Shown one piece after another: positions 47,501-53,272 of a DNA stretch of 64,000 nucleotides. A program made the position numbers and the translations under genes. Source of the stretch: Chloroflexaceae bacterium (lineage in GTDB: Bacteria; Chloroflexota; Chloroflexia; Chloroflexales; Chloroflexaceae); contig DAOTUK010000064.1 in assembly GCA_034437375.1 (NCBI GenBank), positions 604 through 64,603 on the forward strand. Direction: 5' to 3'. Under the pieces are notes generated by a model. That model had not been told where the DNA came from and did no database searches. It saw only the letters and a list, made by a program, of their open reading frames with translations. Every line of letters starts with the position of its first letter. The stretch's first letter is position 1.

Positions 47501-47644
47501 CGCTTGCGCCTGCTCGGCGTGTGCCGGGCGCATCACCAGCGGCGCGGGGATACTCAACCCAAACACACCGAGCATTACTAGCACCCCCACGGACAATCGC
47601 CCCAGACGAACCAGCAATATCTGCATGAAAGACCATGATTTCAT
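41588..47644 (-). CDS. Giant secreted protein: signal peptide, CBM-like domain, 14 FG-GAP/VCBS blades, HExxH metalloprotease-like domain, basic tandem repeat, C-terminal beta-rich domains
   Basis: The N-terminal MKSWSFMQILLVRLGRLSVGVLVMLGVFGL...AHA is signal-like. NILVNGGFEQDEAW...HSGKRS is CBM-like. There are 14 copies of A(W/L)GD.D.DGDLDL. LAHELGHYALFLDDNY places HELGH at nt 43547-43561. There are 4 copies of GNPGSHRKRNAP. AAGGAG lies 7 nt upstream of the ATG. Confidence 0.85.
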   Translation of the reverse strand: MKSWSFMQILLVRLGRLSVGVLVMLGVFGLSIPAPLVMRPAHAEQAQARPHLQTDNILVNGGFEQDEAWDMDEHVSYTSDKAHSGKRSATTAPGVNTYLYQVVDVPEATDSLTLHFYWKNENPDTVRTTDKARGTTDTQDTEGSTTQALVPTGPLARLAQTATEDETLHADVLQVNITDTDFETWYSDNLFLASNEPGWHRAILEVDSDAIEHIRGQQLSVNFLVYQDNMAPHATFYVDDVQLLVNEDDTDAPPEREQPATVWSSVESDDTRSLAWGDVDNDGDLDLAVANYGYIDSSLTINQSNRVYINESGVLSTTAAWSSSEQDTSQSLAWGDVDNDGDLDLAVGNAKEPNRLYLNDGGMLQAEAAWSSHKPGNTWSVAWGDIDGDGDLDLVVGTIGTPNLLYRNEGGTLSQKPVWASEEKDQTTSVALGDVDNDGDLDLVAGNYNRPNRLYRNEGGTLTSAAVWSSFDYADSDSVALGDMDGDGDLDLAVGNANQPVQIYRNDDGLFSDVAIWSSYAHEYTWSVAWGDVNGDGKLDLVVGNSDQRNRVYFNKGKILDNDDSWVSTEDEYTWSVALGDMDGDGDLDLATGNRDQPVRVHRFNTDALNTTLDWASDEETNTSSVAWGDVDGDGDLDLATGNYAESNDVYYNEGGTLARFPDWWSEESDLTRDIAWGDVDGDGDLDLAVGNYGEPNRLYRNDDGMLTTQAVWSSDEADSTHKIAWGDYDGDGDLDLAVANSNQPNRLYRNDDGTLTSAAVWETQDSSDSWGLAWGDYDGDGDLDLAVANNKQPNRLYRNNDGELETKAVWSSLEEFWAHNVAWGDYDGDGDLDMAAANWDQPIQLYRNDHGTLTDYAIWSSLEAERTTDLAWGDADGDGDLDLVVANCDHSDRMYRNNGGSLTEYADWSSDETTCSRAVAWGDVDGDGDLDLASGKSNDYNHLYFNTRDNRKNKAAPPAVVITHVGPTDAAYGYASERWQAPVVVPIQFRLFETGNIPIERVQGFYSLNGGGTWLPALTQAGAGSARLEALEAAGVPTTTDTAPEHPPRAQQAGDTALFLPTIHVPSAPPPRSKDGTYTYQWDTWASGFFGQSDDVMFRLVAVPALAPTPNSAAGPYQYSAYATTSFPLRMISNQIQVTHNGTPVDIAHVQHIPQGEQYASVLANNAGEPLRTNQHGYLQGNSQVALGDTLVALLPYQETDGAVIYLTNATPITTGLVADTVNQQGNQILEVSESHQLTLFNLDVSLEWDARADEQFLARLKYDLRRVSEILYDWTNGQVALGNITIYHDRENWNYAHIRIYATNRLRPNANQGGIITEAVGDPTRPFVYEPGQVRIGAVWNRYGEANGTMGEDWPRTLAHELGHYALFLDDNYIGLDDAGRLIPVTTCPGAMSDPYLDNTSEFQPPTDWLPGCAQTLSNQGTGRSDWETITAFYPNMHMPSAFDANPGPGYLPLDLTTFTVVEPETPVEVLDVPIFYMVDEQGRPYQPEKNARVFLFQQEGDYLIDLGTTILDRVEGRGARPGDRLCVFTLAEQRRGCETVRSNDQYITMAMLDSSWRPDVVVTPIDAETISVMVEQVPPGLSLKAQLYPVNDTAQPVISLTANGAGYSGQIRLDEPAFEGLVHVWVDEPEPRRAVMSDYAIGGNPGSHRKRNTPGGNPGSHRKRNAPFGTPGSHRKRNAPRGNPGSHRKRNAPVLSSDGQAMLFGSNLTFNEGEFYAIQSVSSIEPPAWATVVGQGYRLTATARAPQLEGNASLSISYMTSDVVPGEEEWISVYFQERDPEQCGVWEAPCWRPLPTNLNTEQNTASAPAQGTGRYALMSSVQVPLKGPGWNNIAYPVRGSRTMSETLQSIEGYYTSVWHYNQQTATPDSLWQAWQGYHSATPSWVNTLAAATFGQGYWVYVTQDVTLYLKGATEEYDRLASSDLAIVPAIYYGDIQAGNGFVPAAGQTVQASMQGNVCGEGQTRKVNGNVVYAVTVVAAGCGVPGDTVSFTVDGQAMSTTATWDNTQANALVLRP
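42557..42712 (-). repeat. Coding tandem repeat: 4 x 39 nt (xGNPGSHRKRNAP)
   Basis: GGNPGSHRKRNTP GGNPGSHRKRNAP FGTPGSHRKRNAP RGNPGSHRKRNAP. The DNA units are nearly identical (gttgcgcttgcggtggctgccggggttgcc...). Confidence 0.9.
44770..46870 (-). repeat. Array of 14 FG-GAP/VCBS-type repeats (about 55-60 aa period); boundaries approximate
   Basis: Fourteen Ca-binding-loop-like motifs were counted: AWGDVDNDGDLDLAV, AWGDIDGDGDLDLVV, ALGDMDGDGDLDLAV, AWGDYDGDGDLDLAV and others. Each is followed by N.LY.N.GG. Confidence 0.85.
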
Positions 47645-47690
47645 GATTTCACTCCTTATACGAGAAAAGGTTTTATACGTCTACCGCGCC

Positions 47691-50600
47691 TCATGCGGTT
47701 CCAAACTCCCTGTCCCACAAGGCCAGCAACTCCCGATGGTACGGAACCTGCGCACAAAATGAGCGCCGCAACCGCTCATCTGGTATCCGCGCGGCCCAAT
47801 CCTGCAACTCGCTGCCCGCCTGGGCCAGTACGGCCCGCGCCTGTGCTGGCTCGCCACCCTGCAACACCTGGTAGCAGGTGAGATAGACCAGAAAAGGCTC
47901 ATCGGCGGCAACCAGCGACTCATATGCCAGTAATTGCCCAATCGCTTCCACATGCGCTCGCGCTTCTGTCTCCCGCTCCTGCGCCAGACACACCCGCGCC
48001 AGGCCGGCCCGCGCCTCCATAGCCCGCGTATTCTGTCCCAACTCCTGCCAGATACCCAACGCCTGGGCATATGCCTGCGCGGCGGCGTTCAGGTTCCCTT
48101 GCCCATGCAGCGCGCGCCCCATCACATACGACGCATCCGCTTCCGACAGGCGCGCGCCACTCTCTTGCGCTATCTGCAAAGCCTGGCGGCCATACGTTCC
48201 GGCCGCGTCATACTGTTCGCGCAGCGCGGCGAGCAAGGCCAACCCTGTCAATACCCACCCCTCTTCCGGCAAGGCTCCGATACGCTGGCATATGCCCAAC
48301 GCTTCTTGAAAGGCCGCTTCGGCCGGCCCATAATCGCCCTGGTACAAACACATCCACCCCCGGTTGCCAAAGAACCAGCTTACGCCGCTTTGATCGGCAA
48401 TCGCCTGACAAATCGCCAGTCCTTGATCGTACAGCTTCGAGGCCTGGGCAAAGTGGCCCTGTTCGCGGTACAGTTGGCCCAGATTGCCAAGCGTAATCCC
48501 TTCGCCCCACTGATAGCCAATCTGGCGGTATAAGTTGAGCGCTTGCTGATAATAGGCAATGGCCGTTTCATAATCTTCGCCGGCATCGCTCCCAAGCGAC
48601 TCGAGTGTGCGAGCCTCGCCCTGCAAATCGTTGAGCCCCCGGAAGATGTGCAATGCCTGCTCATCAAAAACCCACGCCTGATCCTCGTTTCCGAGATAGT
48701 ACGCCACCGACGCAAGCTGGCGTAGACACTCCGCCTCTATCTGGGCGTGCTCCCGCTCGCGCGCCAACGTCAGGGCATGCTCTAGCTGCTGCTGCGACTC
48801 CTGGTATGCGCCCTGCAAGCGGAGCGCCATACCCCACCGGACATACCCCAGGGCCTCGTGCCACGAGCTGTCCCCATTGCGCTCCGGGGGCTCGCTCTGG
48901 CGGTGGGCCAGGGTAATGGCCTGCTTGGCCGCCGCAATGGCTACCTTGTACCGATCGGTTGCAATGGCATAGTTGGCCATCCGAAGCGCCGCTTCAGCCT
49001 GTCGCGCTGTATCGTCAAGCTGCGCCGCGAGCGCGGCCAGTTCGGTCAAATCGCGTGACTGTTCATCGCGGGCCCCGCGTAAATCATACACTTGCTCGCG
49101 GGCCAGCAACAGCTCGTACCGTTCAGCATACGCGGTTTCCTCTGTCAGATCAAGGGCGCGGCTCAGGTATTGTATCGCCTCACTATTGGCAAAGCGCTCT
49201 GTGGCCCATAACCCCGCCAATCGTGCATAATATCCCTCGCGGGGCCAGTTTTCGGCTTTGCCATAGTGGTAGGCCAGGTCGGCGTAGTAGGGGGCCAGGT
49301 CTGCGGCGTAGATCTGTTCAATTGCGGCCCCAACTAGCTCGTGCAACTCGCGCAAGCGGGCTCGCAATTGCATCTCATAGGCGGCGTTGTGCAGCAATGA
49401 TTGGCGAAAGACGTACCGCAAATCGCCAACCTGCGACCAGACCCGCTCGCGTTCAACGTTGCGTACCCGTGCAAACACCGACGAATCATCATGCAAAATA
49501 TGTTGGAGTACCTGTACCGCAAATTCGCGCCCAATGACCGACGCGGCTTGAACTACGTGCTTTAACGGTACCGTTAGACGATCCAGGCGAGCAACCAGTA
49601 CCGCCGAAATGCTGGTGGGTACATCGGTTGTGGCCTGGCCCGCCACAAATCCCCAGACGGGCCGGGCCTCTTCTCCGTCTGGACAATCTCCTACCGTTGC
49701 AATGACCTGCCGCTCTCGCAGGTCAAGCAGTAGTTGTTCAATGAAAAAGGGATTGCCGCTGGTGCGCTCGCTGAGGAAGTGGACGAGATCATCACAGACT
49801 GGCCCGGACAAGACCTTGGCGGCATAGGATGCTATTTCTTCAGACGAAAATGGCTTGAGTTCAAGCACTGGATGGGGTACCCGCTCATCTAGCGGTAGCG
49901 CGATCTGATCACTGCCCTGTTGATAGCGGCTGGTAGCCACAATTGCAAAGGGGTACCCGTGCATAGCACGCGAGAGCACCGCCAGCACTTCCATAGAATC
50001 GTCATCCAGCCATTGCAATCCCTCTAATTGTACAACAACGGGTTGACATAAACATTCTGCCTGGAACAGAGTCTTGACCGCCAGCAGGGTATTTTCAAAA
50101 CGTAGTTTCGGCTCCAACTGTTCATACAGCGAGCCTTCCCAATAGAGCCCGACCAGGGCTCCCAGAAAGGAGCGGGTACGATCGATCTCATGCACCAGCG
50201 CATTGGCCATCATGGATGGTTTCAGCTCTACCGCGGCTTTCAAGGCCTCCAACACGGCTTCAAAGCGAGCCTTATTCTCTTCTACCTCATGATCCGCATG
50301 CTGATCAAAATAGTGATATAGCACATAGCGAAAGGGGTTTAAAGACTGGCGTAACACATCATCGGTGGAACAGACCAGCCAGCGTACCCGGAACATTTCC
50401 TGCAAGCGCTGGTGTACTTCATACGCCAGCCGGCTTTTTCCCAGGCCCCCTTCACCATAGACCGTAATAACGCCGGCAAAGGTATACTGAAATATCGGGT
50501 GCAACCACTCGACTAGCCGTAACATAGCCTCTTCGCGCCCTACCATGGGCCCGTGGTGCAAGTGCGCTTCCCCCGCCGATGGCCGATCATCCAGGCGCGC

Positions 50601-51890
50601 CGAGGCGATTGCTCCGCTCTTGCCCTTGAATTGAAACGTGCCGAGATCTTCCAGTTTATAGCGCCGCGCCCGTAAATATCCCGCGACAGGCGCACTCGTC
50701 CATATCTCGCCCCACGCGGCTTGCATCATCAACCGCGCCGCCAGATTGACCACATCCCCAATGGCGGTATACTCGCAGCGCTCATCGCCGCCCATAAAGC
50801 CGGCGTACACCGTTCCTACCGTCAATCCGCCCCGCCACGGTACTTCTGGGGCCCAGGCCCGCAACATTAACAGAAAATCGGCTGCGCGTTCCAGGTTGTT
50901 TTCATACCCGACGGGTGCGCCGAACAAGACCAGCATTACCCCGCCTTTATCGCCAAAGTCGAGCTTGTTGAAATAGCCGCCATAGGCCCCCGTCAATTCC
51001 AGCACGGTGGCGGCAAAGTGGTCTAGCTGGTGCTGCTCGGCTATATGGGCAAAGGAGAGAAACGCGACGGCAACGTCTCGAAACTCGGCCCGTGCCCCGC
51101 TATGCATCAAGTCAAGCACGCTATCGAGCACAAAGCCGGCTACCTCGCGGGGGGCCACGGTGCGGCGGGGCCAGACCTGGGCTGATAGGCCGGGGGGCGG
51201 CTCTCTTGATAAGGCCTCGATTTTGAAGTGTTGCCCGACTGGCCCTGTGGTAACATTGTCTGTGTTCGCAACCATCGCCCGCACCTGGTCGGTGATAACG
51301 ATGTCGCCGCGTTCGGCGTCATGTTCGGCCATAGCACACGCATCAACCGCCGCTCCGCGAAAGAAGTAGGTGAGCCCGCGGGACGCCTCCGCTGGCGCGT
51401 TTGCGTGGGGCTTCAATCCCAGAATACCCCACTCAACCGTCCCCAACCCGACCCCGACTTTGACATTCAACGAGAAGTGGCCATAGCGCGTTGCTATTTT
51501 GCCGTGGCGCACAAAGAACTGTTGTACAAATGCGCCTGCCCAGAGCGCACACTGCGTCGCCTGGGCCGCCCCTACCTCCGCGCCAATGGGAAACAATGCG
51601 GTAAAGGCATCGCCCGCAAAGGTGGTAATAAACCCGCCGTAGTGATATACGGCCTCTACCAGCGGACGAAACACCACATGGAGCGCATCGGTTAAGGCTT
51701 CGGCGCCATCTTTCTGATGCTGCATCAATGTTTCGGTCAAGGCCGTAAATCCAGAAATATCAACAAACAGCGACGCAGCTTCAAACGTTCCGCTAACGCG
51801 CCCTTCCCGATGCCATAGTCCTATGGGATGCGGAATCAGAGCCTCCATACCAACCCGTCTTTCCTCCCAGGCGAATACCACCCGGGCCAA
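47691..51890 (-). CDS. Tandem class III nucleotide-cyclase domains + STAND/AAA ATPase + TPR repeats (signal-transduction regulator)
   Basis: CHD1 has LFVDISGFTALTE and FAGDAFTALF. CHD2 has LDFGDKGGVMLVLFG and YTAIGDVVNLAARLM. The P-loop is VITVYGEGGLGKSRLA. The long C-terminus is TPR-like (repeated A..Y...AL.....G motifs). It ends 46 nt upstream of the giant gene. Confidence 0.85.
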   Translation of the reverse strand: MARVVFAWEERRVGMEALIPHPIGLWHREGRVSGTFEAASLFVDISGFTALTETLMQHQKDGAEALTDALHVVFRPLVEAVYHYGGFITTFAGDAFTALFPIGAEVGAAQATQCALWAGAFVQQFFVRHGKIATRYGHFSLNVKVGVGLGTVEWGILGLKPHANAPAEASRGLTYFFRGAAVDACAMAEHDAERGDIVITDQVRAMVANTDNVTTGPVGQHFKIEALSREPPPGLSAQVWPRRTVAPREVAGFVLDSVLDLMHSGARAEFRDVAVAFLSFAHIAEQHQLDHFAATVLELTGAYGGYFNKLDFGDKGGVMLVLFGAPVGYENNLERAADFLLMLRAWAPEVPWRGGLTVGTVYAGFMGGDERCEYTAIGDVVNLAARLMMQAAWGEIWTSAPVAGYLRARRYKLEDLGTFQFKGKSGAIASARLDDRPSAGEAHLHHGPMVGREEAMLRLVEWLHPIFQYTFAGVITVYGEGGLGKSRLAYEVHQRLQEMFRVRWLVCSTDDVLRQSLNPFRYVLYHYFDQHADHEVEENKARFEAVLEALKAAVELKPSMMANALVHEIDRTRSFLGALVGLYWEGSLYEQLEPKLRFENTLLAVKTLFQAECLCQPVVVQLEGLQWLDDDSMEVLAVLSRAMHGYPFAIVATSRYQQGSDQIALPLDERVPHPVLELKPFSSEEIASYAAKVLSGPVCDDLVHFLSERTSGNPFFIEQLLLDLRERQVIATVGDCPDGEEARPVWGFVAGQATTDVPTSISAVLVARLDRLTVPLKHVVQAASVIGREFAVQVLQHILHDDSSVFARVRNVERERVWSQVGDLRYVFRQSLLHNAAYEMQLRARLRELHELVGAAIEQIYAADLAPYYADLAYHYGKAENWPREGYYARLAGLWATERFANSEAIQYLSRALDLTEETAYAERYELLLAREQVYDLRGARDEQSRDLTELAALAAQLDDTARQAEAALRMANYAIATDRYKVAIAAAKQAITLAHRQSEPPERNGDSSWHEALGYVRWGMALRLQGAYQESQQQLEHALTLAREREHAQIEAECLRQLASVAYYLGNEDQAWVFDEQALHIFRGLNDLQGEARTLESLGSDAGEDYETAIAYYQQALNLYRQIGYQWGEGITLGNLGQLYREQGHFAQASKLYDQGLAICQAIADQSGVSWFFGNRGWMCLYQGDYGPAEAAFQEALGICQRIGALPEEGWVLTGLALLAALREQYDAAGTYGRQALQIAQESGARLSEADASYVMGRALHGQGNLNAAAQAYAQALGIWQELGQNTRAMEARAGLARVCLAQERETEARAHVEAIGQLLAYESLVAADEPFLVYLTCYQVLQGGEPAQARAVLAQAGSELQDWAARIPDERLRRSFCAQVPYHRELLALWDREFGTA

Positions 51891-51943
51891 CCGTATTACG
51901 CATGGGTTCCCAAGCGTAACTGTTTATAAGTAGGTGGCCGTTT

Positions 51944-52032
51944 CCTGGGAGCGCGGGCATCTTGTCCGCACTGGCGCCGGCGGGCCGCCTGCGCTCCCAG
52001 AGGGTTTCCCCCAACGGTGAACACGTACCCCC
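51944..52032. repeat. REP-like palindromic element (copy C) with tail
   Basis: In cctgggagcgcgggcatcttgtccgcactggcgccggcgggccgcctgcgctcccag (51944-52000), the arms ctgggagcgc and gcgctcccag pair. The tail is agggtttcccccaacggtgaacacgtaccccc. It has the same orientation as copy B. Confidence 0.6.
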
Positions 52033-52429
52033 AGGAGACCCGGTTGTACGTGGACAGAATAATACCAGCACGTACGGTGATACCGTGGGGGGGCGGGCCG
52101 GCCCAACGCTGGCTTTTGCCGGGTCGCTTGCTGGCAAGGGCGTTGGGCCGGGTTATTCGTAGCGTGTGGTCTGGTCATTGTCACAAACCTGTCCCTGGAA
52201 ATCCTCCGTGCTCTATGCTTCCAGCGGGTACCGGGGATTTCCCGTTGGGGGGCGTAGCGTTGTACCGCGCAAACTATGGTGATACCAGGCGCCTATATCG
52301 TGAAACAGACTATCACTGGTAATAACGAATCAAAAAAACACTTTCGGGGAACATCTCACTATGGGGAGGCGAGAGTCCCCAGGATACACCGGCACACGAG
52401 AGCGGGCAAACGTATGCCCCGGACAACCG

Positions 52430-53272
52430 CTAGAGATATTCGCGCTGCGACACGCGCCGCCGCCACTGCTCCTTAATCTCAACCGGGCTGCCCTGGCTCA
52501 CGAGAAAATCCATTAAGATACGGCTAAAGGTTGTACGCTCTTGCAAGAAGGGAAAATGGCTCACGCCGGGTATTACAATCAGTTGATGGGGGCGGCTCTC
52601 TTCTTCGCGCAGGAACATGGCATGATCGGGCGGTACAATCGAGTCCTTCTCGCCATAGGTGACTAATACGGGTATATCGTCGCTTAGTTCTTGCAGCACT
52701 GGCCGCAAGTCGGTGCTCATCATAGAACGCTGCAAACTGTTCACCACCTTTTCGCTCAAGCTCTCGGTATCTTCATAGAGCTCTTGTTGGGTTTCTGCAT
52801 CGTCTATGGGGATCTGGCGTATCAGTTTCGACCAGATGGTCGTGGGGTTGGTATGCCCCAGGAGGCGCGAAAATGTCCCCCGTTTGGTGGCGGCTCCCAG
52901 AATAGAGCCTTGCAATGGCGTCGAGACGAGCATCAAGCGCAAGAAGCGCTCTGGGAATTGGCGTGCGGCACTGGCCGCGACCATACCTCCCAACCCATGC
53001 CCAACGAAGTTTGCGCGGCTAATACCCATCCCATCCATAAAGCGTCGCAACATGTCTACATAGGTTGCAATAGAGGGCGTATCCAGACTCCGATCCGACT
53101 CGCCAAAGCCCCAGAAATCCAGGGCATAGGTGCGGTAGCGGTCGGAGACGTGATCCATGGTGGACACCCAGTAGCGCCACGAGCCAACCCAACTATGCAA
53201 AAAGATAACGGGTTGTCCGCGCCCGAACACTTCATAGTGTACCAACCAGTTGTCGAGATAGATCGCGCTCAC
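52430..53272 (-). CDS. Alpha/beta-hydrolase-fold protein lacking the nucleophile serine
   Basis: VIFLHSWVGSWRYW and ALDFWGFGESD. The nucleophile elbow reads FVGHGLGGMVA, so GxSxG has become GHGLG (Gly93 codon at 52994-52996). The acid (GEKDSIVP) and His (GVSHFPFLQ) positions are retained. 4-nt overlap with the kinase gene. Confidence 0.75.
   Translation of the reverse strand: MSAIYLDNWLVHYEVFGRGQPVIFLHSWVGSWRYWVSTMDHVSDRYRTYALDFWGFGESDRSLDTPSIATYVDMLRRFMDGMGISRANFVGHGLGGMVAASAARQFPERFLRLMLVSTPLQGSILGAATKRGTFSRLLGHTNPTTIWSKLIRQIPIDDAETQQELYEDTESLSEKVVNSLQRSMMSTDLRPVLQELSDDIPVLVTYGEKDSIVPPDHAMFLREEESRPHQLIVIPGVSHFPFLQERTTFSRILMDFLVSQGSPVEIKEQWRRRVSQREYL

Noticed and set aside
47691-51890. The STAND NTPase with TPR sensor as an antiviral Avs-like defence protein, with the region as a defence island
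   Set aside because: The N-terminal effector position is occupied by nucleotide cyclase domains typical of signal-transduction regulators. No nuclease, protease or TIR/SIR2-type effector is nearby, and no restriction, toxin-antitoxin or other defence genes. I kept it as a signalling protein. A defence role cannot be excluded without experiments.
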